64,000 nucleotides of DNA, taken from NCBI GenBank assembly GCA_013239625.1, contig MU054187.1, positions 11,243,231 through 11,307,230 on the forward strand. The letters are read 5' to 3'. Shown here one piece after another: positions 52,251-64,000 of the stretch (its first letter is position 1; the number at the start of each line of letters is the position of its first letter). A program made the position numbers and the translations under genes. The notes beneath the pieces are model-generated. The model was not told the DNA's origin. It searched no databases and saw only the letters and a program-made list of their open reading frames with translations. Source of the DNA: Lama guanicoe (Eukaryota).

Positions 52251-53584
52251 ACGTTTAAAAATTAAATAATTGAAACAGTTATAAAATGGGCACCACACTC
52301 TCATACAAGTGAATATAAATCCCTTTGTCCATAATCTGAAAACTTAACCAACTTGCCAAGTTTTCATTAGTGTGGGCAAATCCCAACTCTTATAAATAAT
52401 TGCAACCAACATCGGTGACATCTTAAAAAGAGATTTAACATTTCTGGAAATTTTGAAACCATGAGGGAAGAAATTATTTTCCATTTTTTTGTTCTTTCCC
52501 TCGAAGGATGAAAGAATAAAAGAAACCTAGAGGGAATATTAAAATCATGCAGAAAGTCAAGCTTAGTTTCTAGATCTGAGGTGACTCTGTGATATCTTAT
52601 GAATACTTCGTAGATTATGTAGAAATTGGTTTGCTCACAAAATTATCGTATTTATTGTATTAAATTTTAAAATAAATCTTATCAAGTGTTGTAAAAGTTA
52701 TTACTGGATTTTTTTTTTTTATAAATAGAAGCTCTTGCTGTTTGAACTTTATGGAATCCAACACTTCTCTCTTAACTTTTTCTAGACTATGAGAAGCAAA
52801 CCAAGACTGTAAGGAGCTGAGTCAATATTTTTAAATGTAGCCCACAGTGTCAAAGGGATACAGAAAGCACTTTTTTAAAAGAACCAGATTTGAGAAGAAA
52901 AAGGGAAGAGAGATACAAACTTCACTGACTATTACTTTTGCCATATGAAATATTACCTTGCACTCTCCGCTGGAATTGTATATTCCATATGACATTATTT
53001 TGAAATCACGTTCTTTCTCTCTTGCAGTGTGGAAATGTTTCCATATGTCAGAAGTTGGTCTCACCATTTCGCCGAAGGAAATAAATGAAACAAACAGAAT
53101 TTTGTGGTCAACTGGAATATAAACACCAAGGAACCAACATCAGGTAGGAATCCAGTACTGGTGGCCCCTGGGAGTTAACCGTCTCCAGTTCCCCAACTCT
53201 CTGGGCTCTGACTTGGTTAAGACTGGCTTGTGAATTTTCCATACAACACTTGATTATTAGAGATTCCACTAGGATTTAGCTGTAACTTGTAAATAACCAC
53301 CTATGATTGAATCGAATACATATACTGTGAGTGTCTAATTGAGATATTGTATCTATTTTGATTTAAGTATTTGGGTGTTTTCACACACCTGTTAGTCTAA
53401 AGTTGAGAACTATTACATTAGCCAAAAACACATTTTCTTTTTTCTTTATTCTTTTTAAAATTAAAAACATAGTACGTTTTACAAATACCAGGTCACCAGG
53501 CCAACTTATCTTAATATTTGCTCTTATTTTTTTGCCCTGTTCATTTTCAGCAAACAAAGCAAGATGTTTTTTGTTTGGCTGGCT

Positions 53585-53655
53585 GGTTTTTTAATTGAAG
53601 TATAGTCGATTTACAGTGTTTTGTTCATTTCTGGTGTATGGCATAGCGATTCAGA
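53585..53655 (-). mobile_element. short L1 3' terminal fragment
   Basis: ttttttaattgaagtatagtcgatttacagtgtt...tttctggtgtatggcatagcgattcag. Confidence 0.8.
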
Positions 53656-54962
53656 GCAAGATTTTTTTTTAATTTTTAAAATTTTTTAAAATTCTAATTT
53701 AGTCTTAAGAATATATACTTGTCATATTTCTGGCTCTAGATCCAAAATGGCAACATCTATAAGTACACTGCATTCTTGCATCTTCCTTTTACAGAGTCAT
53801 ATGCGTGTCACCTCTAAATGGAAATATTTTGGCTCTGGCAATCCAGTAATGTTAATGCTGTAATGTTAATAGTCCTAACATGTAATATTTAATGACATGA
53901 AACCATAGGGTATTTTAAGAAGGTGGCTTCCTAGTGCATGTCTTTTGGATGTGTTTGTTCTTTTCTCTCACTCTTTTATTCTCTTATTCTCTCATTGGAA
54001 ACCAAACTGGAGATAGTAACATTGAATCTATTCATTTTGTCAATAGTTGTTTAAAACAGCACAAGTAGTTATCCTAGTACCCCCAAGCGCTTGGCATGTG
54101 ATTCTGTAGCCAGGCAAACTGCAATAAACCAGGCCAGCTGAATCTTACACTCAACCTCATCCACTTAGACTGAGCAAATTTGGCTCCTTTTGCTACCCAC
54201 AACTCCACTCCCTCATAATTGGACAATTACCCTTAACTACTTTTTAAAAGAAGTATATGCCATCTGTCCCATCATGAGGCATGATTTTTGCTTCTTGTGA
54301 TCATCTGGGGAATGCCAGAGGTGGGGGATGCCAAACACTTTAAAGTACGGAAAATTTTCAGAGGGAAAGTCTATTTTCTCTTGTTTGTTGTGGACATGTT
54401 CACTGGTTAAGAATGCTCATAATACGGAAAGAATTCCCAAAAGTTTTTGGTGAAATTCCAGATCTATAGGGGTTAAAGACACTCAGTTGTAGGGGTCAAG
54501 TACAGTTCAAAAACAAATACTGTGGCTGTGGATTTGAGTTAGCTGGTCTTTAAGGGAACAGTGCTAAGTGGTAACTAACTCTTCAATTTAACCTCTCTTA
54601 ACCTTCTGTGTGTGACTTACAATTTTCTTAGTCATAATGATGTCACAGTACATTTTTGCTCTGAATTGTCAGACCCGGATGCATAATTAAACTACAAGAC
54701 CTTCTCTCTCCACCCTAGAAACACCCATACACTACCTCATTTATGAAAAACAGAATAATTATTTTGCTTACTTTTTTTTAATCTTAACTTGATGTCCTTG
54801 ATTTTTATGTTGTTTTTTCTTTTCCTGGAAATTCAGTGAGTTCTTCAGATACCCAAGATTTTTATTTTTCCAAAAAGGATGGATTAATAAGGTACATTAA
54901 TAATTTTACTCTATATTTTTTGGTGACCAAAATTAGAATTAACTTAAAACGTGAGAGTCTGG

Positions 54963-55457
54963 TGTTGCAGACATCTACACCACTGTCTGACCAGCACTGT
55001 GTTTTTTCTGGAGCTATGTCTTCCCCAACTCCAACCATGAGGAGTGGTCATCTTACAGGACTCTCTACCCATTCCCCTCAAACACAGGGCCAATCACATT
55101 CTTCCCCAGGCCTTTTGAACTGAATCCAGTACAGAGAGTTGGTCTGTCTCTAGTGGTGGGAGTCACACCATGATAAACAGTTATTTTTAATGTTCACGTT
55201 CCCTGCCCCATAAAGGAACAGAATCAGCCACTAGAGGAAATGAGCTGGCAACAGAAATTAAAAGGTGAGAGAGAGAGTAGGAGGCAGCTGTCAGTGTTCA
55301 TGTCCCAAATTCCGGTTGTCCCTAAAACCCAGACATATCTTAACCCTTCTTGTGTTTTACCTCTTCAATCCTTCCCTTGAGTGAATCCCTCTGCCTGTCT
55401 ATGCACCTTCAAGATGGCTTTCTGTCTCTTACAACTAAAACAAATGGAACTAATACA
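54963..55457 (+). mobile_element. old MaLR/ERVL LTR (MLT1L/M-like)
   Basis: Starts tgttgcagac, contains gggccaatcacattcttcccc, ends tttctgtctcttacaactaaaa...actaataca. Confidence 0.65.
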
Positions 55458-55944
55458 CTTGTGCTAAATCCTAAGTCATGTAGATTTTGAAAATAAGAAA
55501 ATTATGATTAAAATGGAAACTGAAACTCCTTGACATTGGCATTTATTTTCATTTACTCTTAAACACATTAATAAAGGAAAAGGCTGTGTACAAGTCCCAG
55601 AATTTCCAAGGAGCCCAGCCCATTTTGCCCTCACCTCCAAAATCCTGTATCACATATAGTGAGGTCAATAAATCAACGATCATTTGGTATTTTCTGTTTT
55701 CTCAGCACAAGCAGGGATATAAGAGAAGAATAAAATGTGTCCCATTTGATTATATTTGCCTTATATTACTTGCTTAGTAAGGAGTTACTGCCTTAATAAT
55801 TTGGCTAAGGTTACATGGGTAGTAAATTCAAATTTATACCAAGATTTAAATATAGAAAATTATTCAAGTCTAGATTTTTTTTAATTTAAGCACCAACTCT
55901 GCATTATCCCCTTTTAACCAAGAATATTTCCTTCCTCTCCTCCA

Positions 55945-57800
55945 TATTTCGTTTTGACAAATTTTCAACCTAATGAGAAGTTGAAAGAATAGGACAACAA
56001 AAAATCCATACACTTTTCATCTAGATTTACCAGTTCTGGTACCTTTATTCATTCTCATGATTGATAGATAGATGATTGATTGATTGATTGACTGATTGAT
56101 AGATACTAAGCCATTTGAAGGTATCATAACACTTCATCCCTGAATATTTTAATATGTATCAGATCTGAAGACCAGATTCTCTCTACCTGTTTGCCTTTCT
56201 TACATTAACATCTTTGAAAGTCCTAGGATAGTTGTCTTGGAAAGTGTGCTGTCGTCTGGATTTGTCTGTCATTTCTTCATGATTAGACTCAAATTAAACA
56301 TTTTGGCAAGAATACAGCCTTGCTGATATTACAGGCTTTTCCCTATATCACCTCAGGAGGCATATAATTCCATTTGTACGATAGCAATGGTACTGAATTT
56401 AATCACTTGGCTAATGTAGTTTCTGTCTGCTCTTCTATTTAAAGGTACGTTTATTTCTTTATAATTAATAAGTAATTTCAGTGTTAATTGCTAACCCTTG
56501 CCTGAATCAATTATTATACTGATGATTGTAAAATAGTAATTTTTCTAATTTTATTAGCTAGAAGTTTTCTACAGAGAAGAGTTTTTTGTCCCTGCCTCCC
56601 CACCTGTTTTTAATATCATGATAGATTCATGAATGAATGTTTATTGAATGTGTTGTGATCTCTTACCACTATTAGTCATGTTGATACTTGAATTATTTAG
56701 AATTTGGTCAGTGGAACTCCCTACGAAGCCAATTCCTGTGTCCTTTTGACATATTCTCATTTTTTGAGCACTTTTTTTTTTTGCCACAAAGGTGCTCTAG
56801 GCACACCTTGCATTTCTTTATCCTAGATCAAGATGTAAGTGATAATGGTATTAAAGACCAAGATGGCATTCAAGACCAAGATGTAAGTGATGTAATGATA
56901 TTAGATCTGATACCATTAAACAATCTTTACCATTAGATCTAATACCATTAAGTGATCTTTACCATTAGATCTAATATCATTAAGTGATTATAAGTGATCT
57001 AATGGAATTACAGACCAAGATATAAGGGACAGCTGTGCTCATGGCTTCTGGGGTGTCACTGCCCTAGTCTCTCTCAATGGATCGAGCTGTGAAATACATT
57101 TTGTTAAAAAGAGTTGATAATTACATCTCCAATTCAAATTCTACACCTCAGGATTTTTCCTTTCCCCATTGTTTATTCGTATGTCCTCCCAGAGCCCTGG
57201 TTCCCAATAATATCAACATTATTTACTCATTCATTGTATTCTACTTTACATATAAAATCAGTTGATTTCAATGCCAACAAGAAACCTGTTAAGTTCAAGT
57301 TTTCTTTGCAGTTCTCATCTTAGAACACATACTGTTATTGGTACAGGACTAGAATTCTGTGCATCCAGGGTGGTCATGTTCTCGTTGTGACATGCTGTTG
57401 GGTTCATGTGTCCATCACAGTTCTTTTACATAATAACTTCATCTTGAATTCTGAACTTTCAACTATCTTTATTTTGGCTAAATTATGTTTCTAAGTGACT
57501 TTTTCAGGGTGATTTTCTGAGACCTTGCCATATCTCTGATTTTTTCCTGCTGTCTTTATATGTGAGTGAAAATCTGCACCTCCTTGTCCATTTATTAAGT
57601 TTATTCCAAGTATGTTATAAATCTGATGCTATTGTGAAGGGCAATTTTATCCTATTGTTTTTCTGATTATAATAATAGAATTGGTGTATTTATTTTGAAG
57701 AAAGCTACATTGTTAAAATCATCATATAGCTTAAATAGTTTTAATTGATTTTTTTTTTGCTTTCCTGAAGGATAAATATATCATCTAAAAGGTCAGACGC
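55945..57800 (-). mobile_element. L1MC/ME fragments with an internal (GATT)n (~56060-56105) and a rearranged patch (56823-57025)
   Basis: aagttgaaagaatagg, tctggatttgtctg...tcatgattagactc, ttttggcaagaatac, tcctgtgtccttttgacat, gtgctcatggcttctggggtgtcactg. Confidence 0.75.
56901..56988. repeat. 32-bp tandem repeat (~2.7 copies) with an overlapping 16-bp inverted repeat
   Basis: ttagatctgataccattaaacaatctttacca / ttagatctaataccattaagtgatctttacca / ttagatctaatatcattaagtgat. Confidence 0.9.
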
Positions 57801-59786
57801 TCCACTGCTTAAGAACAGATCCACTTCCAAATAGTTGTGCACTATCCCAAATGTTTGCTTGTCCAGAACGACAGCACATGGACAATTGTTACCAGCATCC
57901 AATGTCGGCAGGAAGAATTGATGTACTTTTGCTCAGATGTATTAAAATCATGTAACATATATAGCACTAAGTTTAAGTATATGTTATACCTGCAGAAACA
58001 AAGTCAAATGCAAATGCTAGTAATAAAACTTGAGTGCAAGATAAAATTAGATTAAGTTAATTATTTAGTAGCAATTATGGTGTCTTTAATAAATTAAACA
58101 CTGATAAACTACTGGAGTTCGGGAGGATAGCAAAGTAAAAGCAAGCCAAAGGATTTTCCAAACAATACAGATATATTCTTGACCTTGTTTATTAGAGAAA
58201 TGTAGGGTTAAGAGTCTTTAACTTTCCAATCATTGCCAATGCCATTGTAATGTGTGCTTACTATCCTGGTTGAGAATATCCAACTCTGCTATACAAAACA
58301 AGCACAAAAAAAATGAGATGAATAAAACTCTTAGCAGGGTTCAGCATAGACATTAAGCAAGCAGTTTATGAGACACAGATGAAACTCACAGGATGTATTA
58401 ACTGTAGATAATGAGTAAGCAGGAAGCTTGAGAGATGTAGGCGGCATACCCAAGACTGATTAAATATACAGGAAGTTAGCAACCTCTAAGACACGTTAAA
58501 AATACATGAAATAATTGGAACATATGATGAAACAAACAGGAATGATACTTACAGATAGAAAGAGATGAAAAGACCAAGGAATAATTATAGATCATGTCCT
58601 CTCTATGCCGTCAGCCAGGCCATCTATAAATTGGCGACCCATTCGGAGCACCCATCATGGTCTCATTCTGGCCCTACTTGGGCTTTGCTCAAGAAATTCA
58701 GATAAAACCCAGAGTTCTGAAGGCTAACTGGCAAACCACAGCAGTGGCCAGGCATATTTACCTGCTTCTCTCAGAGTCAGCAGGTGAGTATGTTGACCCT
58801 GGGTAAGTTCCATCTGCTGGGCTCCCTTAGAACCACACCATCAGCTGAGAGGACTTAGAGTCAGAAAGAAAGGATCAGAAATCAGGCAGCAGGGCCCCTC
58901 CACCCTGCTTGCATGTTCCGTGTTAACCTCTCCCTTCTCCTTCCCCTTACTTCTCCTATGTGTCTTTAAATGATTTAATCCACCATGTTATTTGAGCATT
59001 TTCTTTTGGTCTGTGAGCTTCTCTGTTCCATGACCACTGGGTTAGTTTGAGTTTGCCTAGCTAATGTATTTCACGATATTTTCACACAAGGGTAATTTCC
59101 CATGTGACAGCAAAATGAAGAACAAATATATTAATCTCTCTAATTATTATCAATCATTTAAAAGGCAAAGTCTCAACAAAGGCCAATTTGATTTCAAAAT
59201 CTAGTTATTCCCTTTATAAGATAAACAAATTCCCCTAGAAAATTAAAAGTAAATGCTTGGTCAAACAAATCAAGCAAACATCAACCAAGAAAGCATGTTT
59301 GTAACATGAATGATAAATTTACATACCAGCAAGTTGACTTCAAGAGCTCAGCAGTTCCCAAATCCTGCGTTGTGTGTCCCCTGCACACAGTGTCCCCAGG
59401 GCACTGAGATGAACCTCTGGTTGAAATGCCTACAGAAGCAGGGGACTGGCATCTGCTCCCACCAGGATGCTCACTAAGCCTTAGAACCTGACCTTTTGTC
59501 CGTTTCTCATCTTGGCATCTCTGGAAGCCAGAGTCTTACTGGACAACTCACTGCTGCAGGGCAAGAAAAATGTCCAGAGTGTCCAGGAAGAAGATGGTCT
59601 GACCTCCTGCCTCCTCTTGGGTCTCTGTGCCCTCAGAAGGTGGGTTCCATGGGTCCACAGGAGAAGCACAGATGCTGGAGAAGATGCGTCTAGTAATGGA
59701 TAGACCTGAGCCAGCCATGGTGAGGCTGGGGAATTCTCCCTTCCGCTGAGATGGTACCTTGCCCACAGTGGGTGCCCTATGTTCCT

Positions 59787-59797
59787 NNNNNNNNNNN
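59787..59797. other. assembly gap (run of N)
   Basis: 11 N characters. Confidence 1.
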
Positions 59798-59806
59798 TTT
59801 CTTTCT

Positions 59807-59847
<41 letters not shown>

Positions 59848-59941
59848 TTTTCTTTCTTTCTGAATGGAGGTGCTGGGGTTTGAACTCAGGACCTCGTGCA
59901 TGTTAAGCATGCACTCCACCACTGATCTTTTACCTCCCCAC
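59798..59941 (-). mobile_element. tRNA-derived camelid SINE (Vic-1-like) with a (TTTC)n tail microsatellite
   Basis: Antisense B box gggtttgaactc and A-box region ccaccactgatct; (TTTC)n at 59798-59860; flanking duplication gccctatgtt (59774) / gccctatatt (59946). Confidence 0.88.
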
Positions 59942-60879
59942 GCACGCCCTATATTTCTTTAATAATAAATGAATGACCAGGCTATCAAGTCACTTTTTGA
60001 TACACCTTTTATGGGACTTATAGTTCAAGATGCATTTTAATTTTGTGTATATTTCATAGCTCTCCTCCTACTTTATCATTTTCTTGAGACTAAAGTCCAG
60101 GTTCTAACTCATGACTGTATCCCTGATGAGTATCTTAAGTTAGAGCTTTGAACAGAGATATGAAAGAAGTGTTTCTGAATCAGTAAGTAGATGAATAAAT
60201 AAATTTTTATCAAAGAGCCAACACAGTTGCCTGAATTAACTTCTACTAATCACTGGCTCTCCATTCCCAACTCAGAACTCAATACTGCCATTACTACTTT
60301 TGGTTTTATCTGATAATCTTAGGATGAAATTTCAGAGAAAAGACCATTATTTCCAAGTGGCAATAAGGTCCCTCTCAAACCTCTTCTGTTCCTATATCTC
60401 CATTAAGATACTACCCCATCTCTCACCACTTTTGTACTGTTGATTCCTCAAAACAGAGTTGTCCACACTTGGATGAAGTGGTGACATTCACTGTGATAGC
60501 AAAAAAAAAAAAAAACAACGCAGAGGAGAAATAAGTTGGAGTGAGAGAGTATGGGGACCAAAGTAGGCACAGACCACACACTGGGGATGTGCTGGATTTG
60601 AGACACCTGTGAGATTCCGGGGGGAAGATGCCATGTGGGCTGCGCCATCTTTTTATTCACCTATTCTTCACTTTTTCTTCTCACTACACCCACCAGTGTG
60701 GGTCTATCCCTATTTCCACCTGCATTTCTACATAATAGACATCAAACAGATGTTAGCTGAATCGGATAAATTAGCATGTCTTATTTTTCCCTCTTCTAGT
60801 ATCTTATTCTTTTCTTCTTTTTGTTTATTATTTTCTCTTTTTCTTCCTTCTTTCCTTTTCTTCCCCTTTCTTCCTCCAA

Positions 60880-61230
60880 CATGTATTTAGTTGAGCACCT
60901 ATTATATGCCAGAGGCCATGCTGGGCCTCAAGAGTATAGTTTTTAGTAGGTAATTTCCCTCTCCTCTTGGAACTTACAATACAGAGACTGGCACTGATCA
61001 GATAAGCCCATCAGTAACGTTAATAATGAGCAATGCTGACAAGTGCTGTGGAGCAAAAGCTCACAGTGTGTTGTACTGGATGTGGCTGATGTAGCCTCGC
61101 CAGGGTGGGGGGTGAAGGGAAGCTTCCTTGATAACATGGGCTGAGAGCTGAAGGAGCATTGATGTGAACTTGGGGCCCAAGGGCAAGAGCCAGGAGGAGC
61201 CTGGTCGGAGGACGAGTGGTTGGAGCGAGG
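60880..61230 (-). mobile_element. L2 LINE 3' fragment
   Basis: gttgagcacctattatatgccagaggccatgctggg...ccctctcctcttggaacttaca...gggaagcttcctt...gctgagagctgaaggagc. Confidence 0.75.
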
Positions 61231-64000
61231 ATGTTCAAGGCACCGAGAGGTGGGCGTGGGTGGGCACCGAGGGTGAGGGAAGAGCGCCACAAAGGGAGCT
61301 TGGCTCTCTGTGCATTTGTATTTAATTTGTCAGCTTTTTCTTGACCTTTCTCTCTTTTGATTTTCCTTCCTTGGTGTGTTCTTTTGTGTTTGTTATTTAA
61401 GTTCTATTTTTAAATAGCCCAAATATTGGAGAACCAAGATAAGATCAGCGCATTGAATCGCCTTCCCCAGGTTTAGATGTGTACCCTAAACGAAGAGTCG
61501 GGAAACACTGGAACTTGGAGAAGAGTTCAAGGGGATGTATGCTCTTAAAGGCTGACATGACATTAAAAATATCTAAATAGTTCATACCTTAACGAGGAAG
61601 CTTTTAAGAGTGTCCAGTACCTATTGAGTGAGAATGCATAGTGAATCAGTGAAGGAAAATTTTAAGATCGCTAATGTTTTATTCTCTTTTTGGATTTACC
61701 ACCCACCTGTGTGGTGTTGCCTACCACGGAGGCTTTGATGATTATGCAAGTTTTTCTTGTTTCGAGTTATGGTACGTATTGTTCAGTTTATACCCGTAAT
61801 GGACGATTGAATAAATATAAGAACTATAAGGAGCACATGTTCAAACACAGAACATTAACAAGGACCATAAAAATAATTAAAATTCTGCAAATCACCTCAG
61901 TATACTATTCATCAGAATACAATGCATTCATCTAAGCAATTTTTTTATACCAAGTGCCTCAGAACTAGGATTAGAAAGAGTAAATCTAGTGATTAATGTA
62001 TCTAAATTGACTTTACATTCATTGTAATAAAAATGATATATGTGCACAATATATAACTTGCAGATAGGTGCTTGCAAATGCCACACTTGCATATATTAAT
62101 CTTTCTAAAGCCTTTCGAAAATTGTATGGGTCTGATGAATAGTATATTGGGGTGATTGCTCAGAATTTTTATTATGTTGTATTATATTTGTTGACAAATC
62201 ACTCTTCTTTCATATTTAAATTAAATAGCATGGGTCATTTGATAAATGGGGAAATTTTTAAATTTACCTGTATCTTATGAATATTATTAAATATTCTATC
62301 AAATAAACTTTATACATATATTTTTAATAGTAGGATGATATAATTTTACATAAAATAGTTTCTTTATAAATCACTTCATAAAATGGTAAAATGATTATAA
62401 AAATTCATGGAGGGGGTCTCTGAGATCATTTATTACAACAAGAATTCACTAATCAGAAGAGTTGGAAAACTGTTTTAATCTACTTTAATTATTTCCCAAA
62501 GAGTTCAAGCACACATAGCAGATGCACCATCGAAGGAACAAGCACACTAGCTAGATACCTTAACAGTCTCCTCTTGTTTTCTCACCACAATTTGTTTTAT
62601 CTTGTATAGCATTTTAAAACATACATGCATATACACCCACACCCAGGCAATCTGTGAACATGACATGTACAGATTTCACCAATCAATTGCATATGCACTT
62701 AAGTAAATGAAAATAGCTCCTAGATTTTTAAGAGAAGAAGCGTCTGGGAAATCTTTAACAACTTAGAACAATTACCCAAAGAATTGATTTATGCTCCTGG
62801 TATTCAAACCGCCAAGGTCAAGGTCAGCCTTGATTGGCATTTAGATTTTCATGTATTTCAAAAAGTGTATAATTTTAATTAAGTCCTAAATCACTTTAGA
62901 GGAAAGTATGCAAAGAATATTATTTTCTTAGTACAAAATCTCAGGGATTTAGCTGGGCTCCCTGAGGTCTGTACAAATCGCTTAATCCCTTTTCCTCAGT
63001 TTTTGGTTGGGAATTATACCCCTACCATATAGAGATGGGATGATCAAATACTCCAACATCTATAAGAAGCTTTGAAGTTTAGTAATACGGATGTGCAGGC
63101 TGGGGGGCAGCGTTCTTGTTCTCATTGTGCTTCGTGACTTTCCTGACCCGGGGTTTCCCTTGATGTGAGCCCACAACAAAGCCGTCATGGCGTTTGTGTG
63201 TTTCCACCTGCCACATTACTGGCTGCTTGTGTTTACACACAAAGCATTCGCTCATTGGTAAATCAGTGTGAACTAAGATTATTTGACATTTTTCAACGTT
63301 TCCATTCTTTTAACTTACCTTCAGAGTCACCAGAATGATACAGGTCAGAAATACTCTTACTGCACACACCTTGCCCTGGATGACAATGCTTATTTCACAG
63401 ATAATGATTTTCACACACATACACACACACAAAGTTGTGGCATTTTATAGCCCACTTAAATGAATAAGTGACCAGAAGGGCTAATATTTAAAATATGTGT
63501 ATGTGATGAGATCAAATATTGCCAAATCAGTGTGACTTCCTGAAATTCCAGTAAAAATGAGAACAGGAAGACGATTTCGTTGACATCCATTAGAAGAAGT
63601 AGCTTCAATAAAATAAGATGCATTTCTCTTTTCCTTTGTCAATTTCACTTCAGAATCATGTAAAGTCTTATATTCCAAACTGAAGCCAAGACACACCTCT
63701 CTATTACTACTGAGATTTAACGGATTTTGCCACCCTTTCATAGAACTCATTTGCAAAAAAAGAAAAGTAAATTTCATAAAATGAGTTTGTCACATAAGTA
63801 AGGACTCACTTGAAATATTAATCTATTTAAATTAATACTTTTTCATACCTACACATTTCTCTAAAATATTAAACGAAGGATAATTTAAATTGTTTTTAGT
63901 TACAATGTGCTATGTGATTATGAGAAATGACAATGCAATAATATAAATCATACTGAATGCACTCTACATTAAAAAAATGAACCCAGTCACATCAGTGTAA

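Noticed and set aside
56823..57025. CRISPR-like repeat array
   Set aside because: Mammalian context, no unique spacers, irregular units and no cas genes.
59548..59922. 124-aa ORF with a KERK repeat
   Set aside because: Translation of a SINE, its (GAAA)n tail and an assembly gap.
63481..63777. 98-aa minus-strand ORF near the window end
   Set aside because: No recognisable homology or splice signals; cannot be supported as a CDS.

Overview
Mammalian non-coding DNA, AT-rich and dense in interspersed repeats. It is most likely from a camelid (alpaca/vicuña/camel), judged from four copies of a tRNA-derived SINE that resembles the camelid Vic-1 family. I find no intact protein-coding gene, RNA gene or CRISPR array. 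Almost all tracked ORFs are chance frames; the exception is the 41.8-42.9 kb set, which comes from a decayed ERV-L pro/pol segment. The rest is ancient eutherian repeats: L2, MIR, L1M fragments, MaLR/ERVL LTRs, and hAT and Tigger DNA transposons. The most notable non-repeat signal is a repeat-poor block at ~48.5-53.5 kb with a CpG-rich core carrying TCF/LEF and CDX/HOX13-type motifs, a probable developmental enhancer. Other observations worth checking are a strongly GC/CpG-shifted patch inside the ERV-L relic (possible biased gene conversion footprint), two template-switch or duplication scars, and a few candidate non-coding exons. Repeat family names come from my recollection of consensus sequences, and boundaries are approximate. 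I see no convincing evidence for a new multi-component biological system.
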